In this document: one piece after another, positions 38,603-47,908 of the stretch
How positions within the stretch are numbered: position 1 is the stretch's first letter
Layout of the letters: each line of letters begins with the position of its first letter
Source: an uncultured Ruminococcus sp.
GTDB lineage: Bacteria > Bacillota > Clostridia > Oscillospirales > Ruminococcaceae
NCBI RefSeq assembly: GCF_947301925.1
Contig: NZ_CAMYUE010000002.1
Location: 190,131-254,130 of the forward strand
Length of the DNA: 64,000 nt
Reading direction: 5' to 3'
Notes under the pieces: generated by a model
The model's database searches: none
Told to the model about the DNA's origin: nothing
What the model saw: only the letters and a program-made list of their open reading frames with translations
Program-made: the position numbers and the translations under genes

Positions 38603-38856
38603 TATATAATGAATGCTTCATTCATTATACCATAAAAGCGAAGCGTTATGGTATAATCGCCCGATTGCAGGGAGCAGATCTCCGATCTGCGTATCTGCAA
38701 GGGCATTCAGATCATTATAATGAATGCTCCATTCATTATACCATAAAAGCGAAGCGTTATGGTATAATCGCCCGATTGCAGGGAGCAGATCTCCGATCTG
38801 CATATCTGCAAGGGCATTCAGATCATTATAATGAATGCTCCATTCATTATACCATA
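38603..38856. repeat. Tandem repeat, 111-bp unit x about 2.3 copies
   Basis: Unit starts at about 38606, 38717 and 38828. Copies 1 and 2 differ at 2 of 111 positions. Each unit carries three perfect inverted repeats and TGGTATAAT on both strands. Confidence 0.95.
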
Positions 38857-38906
38857 TTGATGGAAATAAAGCAACTGTTTTCTTGTTTTTGCGTATATCA
38901 CGCAGT

Positions 38907-39662
38907 TTATCCGTCCTTCTCAAGCTGTCTCAGCCTGCACAGAAGGGCATCGGGGACTCCTCTGGGACCGCGCACCGCCGCTACTCCCAGCTCTCTCATC
39001 TCAGAAAGGGGCATATCCTCCGCAGCGAACCTGTGTATCAGCTTCAGCTTCATCACCTTTCTGATGTGATAGTCGCCGTTGTCGTAGGTATAAGGGATAT
39101 TGACCTCCACAGCCTCGCACCTGTACATTATGGCAGACAGGGGCGCAGCCATATACATATAAACGGTGTCGCCCGCTATCACGTCGGAGGTCTGCTTCCA
39201 GAGTATGGTGCCGTCACGGCGGAAGTCCCGCTCAACGTCATACATTACAGGCGACGCAGGCACCAGCCATTCTTTGTTCACGGTGCGCAGCTTCTTTCCG
39301 CTGCCGCTGCGGGAGGCCAGCTCATGGCTCATATCCAGCAGCGCCTTCACCTGCTCATCATCGGCGCTGTCGTCCAGCAGCACCGATACCCACTGCGCCT
39401 TCTGCATATGATAGGCAGGAAATATGCCATTCATTGCAAGCAGTGAGCCCGTCATAAGAGGACTGCACCTGACATTTACGATGTCCACCTTTCTCCCCTT
39501 TTCAAGGCCTATCTTCGAGCCGTCCACATTCATTACAATGGCGTACCATTTATCGTTGGTATCGCAGCGCAGAACGCCGTGCTCCGGTGAGCTTCTCCAG
39601 AGATACTCGGGCACGGTGCCGTATCTTTCAAGGGCATAATCAAACAGCTTTTTCCTGTCCAT
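38907..39662 (-). CDS. MmcQ/YjbR-family domain fused to a PUA-like (EVE/ASCH-type) domain
   Basis: The N-terminal 120 aa match the YjbR pattern (YALERYGTVPEYLW...WYAIVMNV...). The C-terminal approximately 120 aa (WLVPASPVMYDV...GDTVYMYMAAP) resemble EVE/PUA-like domains. Confidence 0.65.
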   Translation of the reverse strand: MDRKKLFDYALERYGTVPEYLWRSSPEHGVLRCDTNDKWYAIVMNVDGSKIGLEKGRKVDIVNVRCSPLMTGSLLAMNGIFPAYHMQKAQWVSVLLDDSADDEQVKALLDMSHELASRSGSGKKLRTVNKEWLVPASPVMYDVERDFRRDGTILWKQTSDVIAGDTVYMYMAAPLSAIMYRCEAVEVNIPYTYDNGDYHIRKVMKLKLIHRFAAEDMPLSEMRELGVAAVRGPRGVPDALLCRLRQLEKDG

Positions 39663-39663
39663 A

Positions 39664-40233
39664 TCATTTCTCTCCTGACTGAGCCTTAAACTCCTCTTTC
39701 AAGCGGAGATAGCAGGCGTTGCATATCTCGCAGTCCTTTGCCGCACGGTGGGCGCCCTCTGTCTCTATGCCGTAATGAGCAGCAACAGTGGTCTGACGGC
39801 GGTTCGGCAGAAACGGCAGCACCTTCCTGGAAAAGCGCAGCACGTCCACAAAATCATTGGTGAGCAATATACCGTGACAGCGGAGAAGATTGTCGTAAAG
39901 GAAGTTTATATCGAAATTCACATTATATCCCATGAGCATATCGCTGCCTGCAAATAAGCAGAAGTCCATTATGGCCTCCGAAATGTCGGGAGCGTCCTCC
40001 ACCATATCATTGGTTATGCCCGTAAGCTCTGTGATAAAAGGAGTTATCCTGCTGTGCGGCTTTATGAGAGTGCTGAAGACCGCAGCCTTTTTGCCGCTCC
40101 TGTAGCGTACAGCCGCTATCTCTATGATCTCGCATTCCTCGGGAGACAGCCCGGTTGTCTCTATATCCACTACGCAGTAATCCTCGGGGAAGGCTATCCT
40201 GCTCTTGCCCTTGAAGCGCTTTACGTTGCCCAC
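39664..40233 (-). CDS. DEDDh 3'-5' exonuclease (DnaQ/PolC-exonuclease-like)
   Basis: 189 aa with Exo motifs VVDIETTGL, GYNVNFDINFL and HRAAKDCE. Confidence 0.85.
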   Translation of the reverse strand: MGNVKRFKGKSRIAFPEDYCVVDIETTGLSPEECEIIEIAAVRYRSGKKAAVFSTLIKPHSRITPFITELTGITNDMVEDAPDISEAIMDFCLFAGSDMLMGYNVNFDINFLYDNLLRCHGILLTNDFVDVLRFSRKVLPFLPNRRQTTVAAHYGIETEGAHRAAKDCEICNACYLRLKEEFKAQSGEK

Positions 40234-40442
40234 ATCAGAAGCTCCTTTCCGTTATATCCGAATCTCATTATAATATATATACCGCCGATTGTCAAATCCG
40301 CAGGCAGGCATGGCTGTACTCCGCAGGGTAAAATTCACATTATTTTCCGAAAAGACTTGATTATTACAGTGAAAAATGCTATGATTAAAGTGGGTCATGT
40401 TACCCATTACGAATAAGACGCAACAGAAAGGGGTTTTAAACC

Positions 40443-41990
40443 ATGAAAAAACTAATCTCACTAAGCGCAGCACTCTCTATCGCAGCAGGAGCTGTTTCAA
40501 TGTCAGCGAGCGCTGCATACGAAAACGTTATCAAGGGCAGGATATGGGACGAAGAGATCGAAATGTTCGATGCCATTGACAACGGTTCTGTAAACACCGA
40601 TATCAACGGCGACGGGGTCTTCGATACAAAGGATTGTATCATTTACTATGCTTACACAAACGGCTTCACTTACGGTGACGAATACAATGAAGCTCTCGAA
40701 GCCATAGGCGACCTTGACGGCGACGGCCAGATCTACTGGTCGGACGCAGAGCACTTCATCAGATACTATATGTTCACTAATCCGCTGAAATTAAGCGATT
40801 TCGACGCAGAGAACTATGCCGACTATGAGATCATTTACCAGAGCGAGCATACAGATTACTGCACCCATGAAGTATATGTAACAGATCATTCTCTCGTTGA
40901 GGGCTTCCTGATGCAGATGAATTCCGACAGCTGCTACCTCATGGCAGGATATAATATGTACTGCGAATACGTTGACAACGGCACTCTCGATCCCGACCTC
41001 AATGCCGACGGGAAATACGATCTCACCGATCTCACCTACTTCTGGGTTTATTCCATGGACAGAGAGGTATTCACCATAAACTCTCCTCACGAGACCTCTA
41101 TGGAGGAACTGGACCAGGACATTTTCGACCGCGCAGCGGCGCTCTATGACGCTCTCCCCGATAGCGACTCCGTAGGAGAGTGGATATATGAATTCACCAA
41201 TATGTACTATTACCAGCACGGCAATGTCACCAAGGACATGATAACAGACGAGTTCTTTGAAAGCGTTGTCAAGGGCTCATCAGAGCTTGGTCTGGAGAGA
41301 ATGGTAAGATTTGATTATTTCTCTGTAGTTTCTCAGAACGATCCTTATATCGACTTTGACGGAAAAATGTTCGACAGAGAGTACAGAGCCTTCGTTCAGG
41401 CTGTAAAAGACGGCGAAAAGGCCATCCCCGACACCAACGGCGACGGCATACTCAACTCACTTGACTCCTTCAACATCTACATATACACAGAAGAACTGAA
41501 AAACGACATCACCGCGGAGAACTCCATTCTTCCCGATGATATCCACAGCATCTTCAAAAATAATATGGACGTAAACGACAACGGACTCAGCGGAGACATG
41601 AACGACCTCACCATCATCGACCTCTATGTATGTATCGAGGATAAGGAAGTCGAGGAAATGGACGAGATCTGTGAAAACTTTATCGATCGTCTCAATGATT
41701 ACGCCGCTCAGCTGGCAGCTGCAAAGAATATGCCTCCCGTAAAGTTCAGCCCCGAAGGCGGATACACACCTATGCTGTTCGATTCGGATGCTGAGCGCAC
41801 AGGCGACTCCAACAACGACGGCACCACCGATCTTGCAGACGCTATTTTCATCATGCAGTCCCTGGCCAATCCCGACAAATACCAGCTTTCTCCCTTAGGA
41901 AAGTTCAACGCCGACGTTGACGAAACAGGCGGCGGTATAACCTCTAACGACGCCCTCACTATCCAGAACAGACTCCTCGGTCTTGAATAA
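40443..41990 (+). CDS. Secreted protein with a C-terminal type-I dockerin and five additional dockerin-like F-hand motifs
   Basis: Signal peptide. The C-terminal GDSNNDGTTDLADAIFIMQ / ADVDETGGGITSNDALTIQ pair forms a dockerin, and upstream there are DINGDGVFDTKD, DLDGDGQIYWSD, DLNADGKYDLTD, DTNGDGILNSLD and DVNDNGLSGDMND. Confidence 0.8.
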   Translation: MKKLISLSAALSIAAGAVSMSASAAYENVIKGRIWDEEIEMFDAIDNGSVNTDINGDGVFDTKDCIIYYAYTNGFTYGDEYNEALEAIGDLDGDGQIYWSDAEHFIRYYMFTNPLKLSDFDAENYADYEIIYQSEHTDYCTHEVYVTDHSLVEGFLMQMNSDSCYLMAGYNMYCEYVDNGTLDPDLNADGKYDLTDLTYFWVYSMDREVFTINSPHETSMEELDQDIFDRAAALYDALPDSDSVGEWIYEFTNMYYYQHGNVTKDMITDEFFESVVKGSSELGLERMVRFDYFSVVSQNDPYIDFDGKMFDREYRAFVQAVKDGEKAIPDTNGDGILNSLDSFNIYIYTEELKNDITAENSILPDDIHSIFKNNMDVNDNGLSGDMNDLTIIDLYVCIEDKEVEEMDEICENFIDRLNDYAAQLAAAKNMPPVKFSPEGGYTPMLFDSDAERTGDSNNDGTTDLADAIFIMQSLANPDKYQLSPLGKFNADVDETGGGITSNDALTIQNRLLGLE

Positions 41991-41998
41991 GCATAAAG

Positions 41999-42088
41999 AA
42001 AGAGCCTGGCTTTTAACCGCTATACTCATATAGCAGCTTTACGGGTGATATTGAGGGAGAACCCTTTTGAAAAAGGGTTCTCCCTCAA
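41999..42088 (+). repeat. Conserved 3' flank element (copy 1) ending in a terminator-like hairpin
   Basis: Roughly three-quarters identical by eye to the reverse complement of 57062..57150. It ends in the near-perfect palindrome TTGAGGGAGAACCCTTTT-GA-AAAAGGGTTCTCCCTCAA (42051-42088). Confidence 0.75.
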
Positions 42089-42096
42089 TTGCCACG

Positions 42097-42109
42097 GTTC
42101 TTAACGAAG
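42097..42109. other. Candidate left attachment site (attL core)
   Basis: GGTTCTTAACGAAG equals the right-end palindrome minus one base, and lies within 10 bp of the host terminator hairpin. Confidence 0.4.
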
Positions 42110-42302
42110 AAAATATTACATCAAATCGAATAGGACAGTTTTCCCCATACATTTAAGTCGGTACTTATAAAGAAGTTTTCCCAAAAGCTAATATGAAAGG
42201 TCTATACAGTAGGCAACAACACAAAGACAGACAGATACTTCATGTATTTTTGAAGTATCTGTCTTTTTCACTATAAAGAGGTCTGATATTTATACTGAGA
42301 AA

Positions 42303-43331
42303 TCAAAACGTTATCGGTGATATTTTTTCCTCTGGCTCATCGGGGAAGGCACGGTATTCACTCGGACTTTTGTCCAGTGCTCGACGGAAAGTTTCTGCAT
42401 AGTAACTCGCACCAGAAAACCCACACGCAAATGCGATCTCTGTAATGGTCATATTTGTATTTTTCAGCAGTGTAATGCTTTGTTTAAGTCGGAATTCATT
42501 GAGGTATTTCATTGGAGAAATAAAAATGTAGCGCTCGAACAGATTACCGCAGGTACGTTTGGAAACGTATCCAGCTATAGCAATGCGATTCAGTGTAAGT
42601 TTTTCGGAGTAATGCTTTTCGATAAAAGCGATCATTGCTTTCATCGAAGTAAGTTGGCTGCATTCGGTATGAGGTTTCTCGTCCGGGCGAATATTTTCAG
42701 TGATTTCGCTCCAGATCAGATTTACCAATCCAATCATAGCGCACTTCTCAGAGTTATCCTGATTATCCTTGAGAACAGAATACTCGATCGGTGCGAATGC
42801 TTTAGGCATAGCCTTGTCAATGTGCCGTTTTCTGATGATTGAAAACCAGTGTAGGATATTCTCATGCCACGTCGTCCCTTTTTGCAGTAGGATATAATCA
42901 AAAGTCGAATTGAGGATTGGCTGAACTGCATTCTTTTCGATATCTTCTGAGATACACAGGATCATCGGATGAAAAATCAGCAGATTATAACAACAGTCGC
43001 GTATATCTTTTAAACGAGCTGAATGAAGTCGCCGTGAGTTGATGAGCAATCCTTCACCCGATCTTACAGTGACAAGCTTTCCGTTTATGTTATAAACCGC
43101 CTCTCTCTCATTGGGAACAATCAGTTCGATATCCTCATGCCAGTGTGTCGGGACTGAAGCATTCGGATAGGCAGAAAATCGACCGCTGAAGAAGCCAATT
43201 GGGATATCGGTATAACTGTATCTGACTGTTTCGCTGCAGTCGCTGTTCACCTCCAGCTCATAACTATAACGTAGTTCCACTGATATCACTTTCCTTTTTG
43301 TTATAGTTCTCTGCAAAATCATGATAGACAT
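42303..43331 (-). CDS. AraC family transcriptional regulator (cupin + double HTH)
   Basis: 342 aa with a C-terminal AraC signature (MTITEIAFACGFSGASYYAETFRRALDKSPSEYR) and an N-terminal cupin-like sensor. Confidence 0.85.
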   Translation of the reverse strand: MSIMILQRTITKRKVISVELRYSYELEVNSDCSETVRYSYTDIPIGFFSGRFSAYPNASVPTHWHEDIELIVPNEREAVYNINGKLVTVRSGEGLLINSRRLHSARLKDIRDCCYNLLIFHPMILCISEDIEKNAVQPILNSTFDYILLQKGTTWHENILHWFSIIRKRHIDKAMPKAFAPIEYSVLKDNQDNSEKCAMIGLVNLIWSEITENIRPDEKPHTECSQLTSMKAMIAFIEKHYSEKLTLNRIAIAGYVSKRTCGNLFERYIFISPMKYLNEFRLKQSITLLKNTNMTITEIAFACGFSGASYYAETFRRALDKSPSEYRAFPDEPEEKISPITF

Positions 43332-43428
43332 CGCACATTTTCTGCGTTATAATGATAACATATAAATGTGCATAAGTCAACCGACTATTATTGACTTATG
43401 CCAATAGATGAATAATAGGGGGATAATT

Positions 43429-44982
43429 ATGAAAAGAGTAATAGCAATTCTTTTATCTCTTACGCTTCTTACATCAATGTCTGCTTGCAGCAACAGTGAA
43501 AACAGCTCGCTATCTACACAGGTAAAGACATCTGAGTCTGTTGAAAACACTGAGCCGATACATCTTACAAATAAGATGACCGAAACAGAGTTAGCCAAAG
43601 TGGATAAACATAGCCTTACGCTGCTTGACGCTCCTGAAGAGACCACAAATACAACAACCGAACAATCGGGGCATACGGTTAGAATTGAGTTCGCTTCAAT
43701 ACCGATTGATAAAATAATCACAGGTCTTGAGGCTGCAAAAGAAGAGCTTACCGACGAAGAATATGGGAAGCTTTATGAAAAATTTGACTCTTACATTGAA
43801 AGTAGTGAAGACTATACATACCCGAAGTATATTTTTGTAGACGATCAGAATATTTTTGATAATGCGCCCTTAATGCCCCCAACCTACGATGACGGAAAGA
43901 TAACTGTGACAGATACAAAATACAACAGTGAAACTGACAGTTATGAAACAACAACAAACACCTATGCTGATATGGACGACTACCTTGATTGGATACGCTG
44001 CAAGTTTAGAGACTGGAACTATCCTGAGGAAGAAATAGAAAAAATAGAAGAAAGAATTCTAATTGCAGACGAAGCATACAGAGATAGTAATTATGAAACG
44101 CTGCCAGAGGGCTCTGTTGTTTATTCTGAATCGGATTATAGCTATATCATCAGCACTGATGAAAACAAAGATTACCGGAATGAATGGGAGTTTGATCGTC
44201 AGGCTGTTGAAGACATCAAGGACAGCATTGATGAAATAGATATTTACGATGAAGAACTTGACAAGGCGTTTGTTGTTCATGTGACACTTCCGCCAGAATA
44301 TGACAACAAAAAAGAATATCCTGTAATCCTGCTCACAGACGGAATATGGCGTTTTGGCAATACTCCTGAGATGAGAAAAGTTATGGAGGACGGAAAAGCA
44401 GCACCTGTGATACTTGTGAGCATATGGTATTCCTACGATGTAGAAGACACGAGTGGAAGTAAGCGCTATAATGATCTTGTGTTAGAACGCAGCAAATCAC
44501 TTGATTTCATAACAGACAACCTGATGCCGTATCTTGGTGAGAACTACAGTATCGACTATAAGAATTCTACGCTCTACGGTCATTCTGATGGTGGTGTCTT
44601 CTCCCACTATGCACTCTTCAACTCTGACCTCTACGAAAATCAGCCATTCGGCAATTACATCATCGGCAGTCCAGCCTTCTGGGGACTCTATTATGATTAT
44701 CCGGATCTCAATCCCGAAGAATATGAGAAGGATTACGGATACTTTGACAGAAATGAAAAGCTCAGTAAAAGCGTGTTCCTATGCGCAGGCTCACAGGAGG
44801 ATCCTGACTATACAGACAGTTACAACGGACATGACACAACGCTTGAAGGCGTTGCAAAGCTGAAGGAACGGCTTGAATCGCATGGCGCCAATCTGACATA
44901 CAAGCTTTACGATTCACATCACTATCAATATGTACCCTCGATGCTTCTTGAATATCTGAAAGCGGAATATCCTGTGCAATAA
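43429..44982 (+). CDS. Secreted lipoprotein with a C-terminal PF00756-type esterase domain (siderophore-esterase/esterase-D-like)
   Basis: Lipobox LLTSMSAC. The C-terminal YPVILLTDG...LYGHSDGG nucleophile elbow resembles the Fes/IroE/BesA-type putative esterase family. The ATG start follows AGGGGGA (codon 8 of the track ORF). Confidence 0.75.
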   Translation: MKRVIAILLSLTLLTSMSACSNSENSSLSTQVKTSESVENTEPIHLTNKMTETELAKVDKHSLTLLDAPEETTNTTTEQSGHTVRIEFASIPIDKIITGLEAAKEELTDEEYGKLYEKFDSYIESSEDYTYPKYIFVDDQNIFDNAPLMPPTYDDGKITVTDTKYNSETDSYETTTNTYADMDDYLDWIRCKFRDWNYPEEEIEKIEERILIADEAYRDSNYETLPEGSVVYSESDYSYIISTDENKDYRNEWEFDRQAVEDIKDSIDEIDIYDEELDKAFVVHVTLPPEYDNKKEYPVILLTDGIWRFGNTPEMRKVMEDGKAAPVILVSIWYSYDVEDTSGSKRYNDLVLERSKSLDFITDNLMPYLGENYSIDYKNSTLYGHSDGGVFSHYALFNSDLYENQPFGNYIIGSPAFWGLYYDYPDLNPEEYEKDYGYFDRNEKLSKSVFLCAGSQEDPDYTDSYNGHDTTLEGVAKLKERLESHGANLTYKLYDSHHYQYVPSMLLEYLKAEYPVQ

Positions 44983-45034
44983 CAGATTGAACAAGCATCA
45001 GGGCATAGTACAGTGCTGATAAAGAAAAAATGTG

Positions 45035-45081
45035 CCATAGTATTTCTAATGAATTTGTCAGAAATACTATGGTAGTTTTTT
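45035..45081. terminator. Bidirectional terminator between the esterase and ECF ATPase genes
   Basis: 13-bp perfect stem CCATAGTATTTCT/AGAAATACTATGG with an A-run before and a T-run after. Confidence 0.85.
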
Positions 45082-45131
45082 ATATTGACAATGAAAATGA
45101 TGGGTAGGAAATTAAACGAGGTATCAATTAA

Positions 45132-46577
45132 TCAATTATCCGCAACACAGCCATTTTCAAGTCTGACAATATGATCGCAGCAGGAAAGAATAAACTCATT
45201 ATCGTGAGTAACAACAATAATTGTCTTGCCTATTTCTTTCAGCTTTTTTAGCTGGTTTGATACCTGTTTCATATGTGCAAGGTCAAGACCGCTGGTGGGT
45301 TCGTCAAAGATTATAACAGGCTTGCTTGAAGCCACCCCCGATGCGATTGCTGTACGCTGTTTCTGTCCGCCCGAAAGCGCCATGGGATGCGTATTGGCAT
45401 ACTCCAAAAGATCAAGCTGTGACAGTATTTCATCAGCTTTTTTTATTTTCTGCTCATCGGTCAGTAACTTATCCGTCATGCTCAGCATGACCTCATCACG
45501 CACGCTCTCTGTAAAAAGCTGGTGGTTCACGTCCTGCATTATCATATAACAAGAATGCAGACGATCTTTCGCTTTTAGCTTTTTGCCGTTCATTATGAGA
45601 GTACCTTTACACTTGCGTTCAAGTCCGCAGATATTTCGTGCGAGGGTGCTTTTGCCTGCGCCGTTGTGACCGATAATCGCAATGATATGATTTGCAGGTA
45701 ATTCGAGCCGAGGGATATTGATACCGTGCTTGCCGTCATTATAGGTAAAACGGAAATCCTCCAGTAACAGAACATCGCCTTGTACGTCTGTATTTTTTTG
45801 CGAACAGTGTATTTCGGGGAGCATCGTAGGACGTATACCCATTTTTTCGGTATCGTCAGCAGTAAGTTTTTTTATCTCTTCGGTAATCAGTTCTTTTGCA
45901 ATTCTGCCGTTTTCAAGTATCAGCATTCTGTCTGCAAGTTCACGCAGAAAATACAGACGATGCTCTGCGATAACTATGGTTTTGCCCTGTGACTTCCAGT
46001 CTGTCAGCACGGCTTTCAGCTTCTCTATCGCCTCGCTGTCAAGATTAGATGACGGTTCGTCAAGTACGATGATATCAGGCGACAGAACATTGATGCCTGC
46101 ACAGGCTATGATTTGCTTTTCTCCGCCCGAAAGCTCAAATATATTGCGATCAAGCAGTTTTTCTATGTGCATGGAAGCTGCTGTTGCAGTTATCGCTTTT
46201 GATATTTCAGCAGGCTCACAGCACTGATTTTCAGCGGCAAATGCGATCTCGTCAGTGGTATTCACATTGAAAAACTGCGAACGAGGATTCTGGAAAACAC
46301 TTCCGACTTTTTTAGCAGTTTCAAATATTGGTGTGTCGGGAACGCTCTTTCCGTCGATCATCACTTCACCATTCAGAGTTCCGCTGTAATAGTGAGGAAT
46401 AAGCCCGTTGATAAGCCTTGTGACCGTTGTTTTTCCGCAGCCTGAGCCGCCGGTCAGAACGATAAACTCGCCATTCTGTATCGTCAGGTCAAGACCGTTG
46501 ATACTTCCTTGTTCAATAGCCCTGCCGTTGGCATCTGTCGAGCTGTATGCAAATGTTACATTCCTGAATTCTATCAT
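45132..46577 (-). CDS. ECF transporter ATPase, fused double NBD (EcfA1-EcfA2)
   Basis: 481 aa with two sets of Walker A (GGSGCGKTT, GHNGAGKST), signature (LSGGEKQ, LSGGQKQR) and Walker B (VLDEPSS, IFDEPTS). Confidence 0.9.
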   Translation of the reverse strand: MIEFRNVTFAYSSTDANGRAIEQGSINGLDLTIQNGEFIVLTGGSGCGKTTVTRLINGLIPHYYSGTLNGEVMIDGKSVPDTPIFETAKKVGSVFQNPRSQFFNVNTTDEIAFAAENQCCEPAEISKAITATAASMHIEKLLDRNIFELSGGEKQIIACAGINVLSPDIIVLDEPSSNLDSEAIEKLKAVLTDWKSQGKTIVIAEHRLYFLRELADRMLILENGRIAKELITEEIKKLTADDTEKMGIRPTMLPEIHCSQKNTDVQGDVLLLEDFRFTYNDGKHGINIPRLELPANHIIAIIGHNGAGKSTLARNICGLERKCKGTLIMNGKKLKAKDRLHSCYMIMQDVNHQLFTESVRDEVMLSMTDKLLTDEQKIKKADEILSQLDLLEYANTHPMALSGGQKQRTAIASGVASSKPVIIFDEPTSGLDLAHMKQVSNQLKKLKEIGKTIIVVTHDNEFILSCCDHIVRLENGCVADN

Positions 46578-46586
46578 ATTCTCACC

Positions 46587-47309
46587 CTAAAATGCAAAGA
46601 ATAAAACGATCATAGCCAGTGTGCCGAACATCAGCAGCCAATCGTACAACCTGATACTGATCTGACAGATATGCGTTCGCTTTCCGCCTGCACACAGTCC
46701 CTTTGTCAGTGAAGCAGCTGAAAGCTCGTCCGCAATACGGACAGTTGACATCATGATCGGTACAAGCACATACTCGATATAAGTGAACGGATTCTTCACG
46801 CTCTGCCCGATCTCACGCATTTTCATGGCATCGTGGACACTACGGTATTCCTCGCTAAGTGTTGGAAAATAACGGAACATCACAGAAAACGGTATCGTGA
46901 TAAAATACGGAACGTGCATCCTGTCCATTGCAGTCATAAACTCGCTGACAGAGGTTGAGCGTACAGTGTACCAGCCCATCATATATCCGGGAACAAACCT
47001 TGATATGATACCACATAATATCATCAGTATCAGATTAGGCGCTCCGCTGATATTGGGGATCACACTGCCTTCACAAAATACAGAAAAAGCAATAAGTACG
47101 ACATAAATAAGTGCGGATTTTATGTGCCTGACTGTCAGAAGAAGCACAAACGGAATTGCTGCACATATCACTCTCAGAATGTATTCCACGCCGGCTGTTT
47201 TTCCGCCCACCATAATAAGACTGATCGCTATCAGCAGACAAAGTTTTGTTCTCGGATCGAGTTTCAGTACGCTTTTGTCCGAAGTTGATGAAAGTCCGAG
47301 TTCCATCAA
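46587..47309 (-). CDS. ECF transporter transmembrane (T) component, CbiQ/EcfT family
   Basis: 240 aa, polytopic. It sits between the S component and the ATPase, and its start overlaps the S-component stop. Confidence 0.8.
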   Translation of the reverse strand: MMELGLSSTSDKSVLKLDPRTKLCLLIAISLIMVGGKTAGVEYILRVICAAIPFVLLLTVRHIKSALIYVVLIAFSVFCEGSVIPNISGAPNLILMILCGIISRFVPGYMMGWYTVRSTSVSEFMTAMDRMHVPYFITIPFSVMFRYFPTLSEEYRSVHDAMKMREIGQSVKNPFTYIEYVLVPIMMSTVRIADELSAASLTKGLCAGGKRTHICQISIRLYDWLLMFGTLAMIVLFFAF

Positions 47310-47890
47310 GCCATACCTGCCTTACGGAAGTGCTTTCTGAGTACCTTTGCGCCAAGCAGACCGCCGATCAGTCCCCCGATGATACACATAGCTATCATAG
47401 TGAAGAACACCCATGTCGGAGTATATCCCGACATTTTATCGACGTATTCCTGACCGTATCCGTCAGCGAGCGAATTGAGATATGATTCACGGAATCCGAA
47501 GAAGAAAGCAATGACCATACCGAGCAGCCATAGACTGAATGTCGAAGAACCGATCACGCACGACTTGATGCTCTGATAATCACCGAGTTTCAGTACGATC
47601 TCTGTCAGCAATCCTGCACCGATACAGAAGATAAAAATCGGATAAGGGTGTCCTGTAATGAACATGAGAATTGCAATGATAACGCTTGTAATTGTGACCA
47701 TTCCGAAATGCTTTATCTTTGAAAAATACAGCATAAGCGGCATTCCTGCAAATATCGGAACAAGCAGCGGCATAAATACCATGAATATCGGGATAAATCC
47801 GATACAAGCGACTGCAAATGTTATCGCAAAATACAGTGCGGTAAAAATACCTACCGTGATAAGATCTTTGACCTCAAATTTCTTTTCCAT
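47306..47890 (-). CDS. ECF transporter S component, MptD/Trep_Strep-like
   Basis: 194 aa with 6 TM helices. N-terminus KDLITVGIFTALYFAITF. Family assignment is from remembered family features and the conserved 5-gene context. Confidence 0.7.
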   Translation of the reverse strand: MEKKFEVKDLITVGIFTALYFAITFAVACIGFIPIFMVFMPLLVPIFAGMPLMLYFSKIKHFGMVTITSVIIAILMFITGHPYPIFIFCIGAGLLTEIVLKLGDYQSIKSCVIGSSTFSLWLLGMVIAFFFGFRESYLNSLADGYGQEYVDKMSGYTPTWVFFTMIAMCIIGGLIGGLLGAKVLRKHFRKAGMA

Positions 47891-47908
47891 AAATATACTC
47901 CTTCAAAC

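Noticed and set aside
38603-38856. CRISPR array
   Set aside because: The repeats are directly abutting 111-bp units with no unique spacers, far longer than CRISPR repeats, and no cas genes are nearby.
38596-39069. ORFs running through the 111-bp tandem repeat (157 aa on +, 101 aa on - at 38618..38923)
   Set aside because: The unit length is divisible by 3 and the unit lacks stops in two frames, so any duplication creates long ORFs. There is no RBS. The - strand ORF start would overlap the upstream gene, and it ends only because of a point difference in the last copy. The dense perfect palindromes argue for a DNA/RNA-level function.
43348-43359. Calling a bona fide Fur box in the AraC/esterase divergent promoter
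   Set aside because: Only the first half (TATAATGATAAC) resembles GATAATGATAAT. The second half does not complete the 19-bp or 7-1-7 palindrome, and the match overlaps a generic TATAAT -10 element. I kept it only as weak supporting context.
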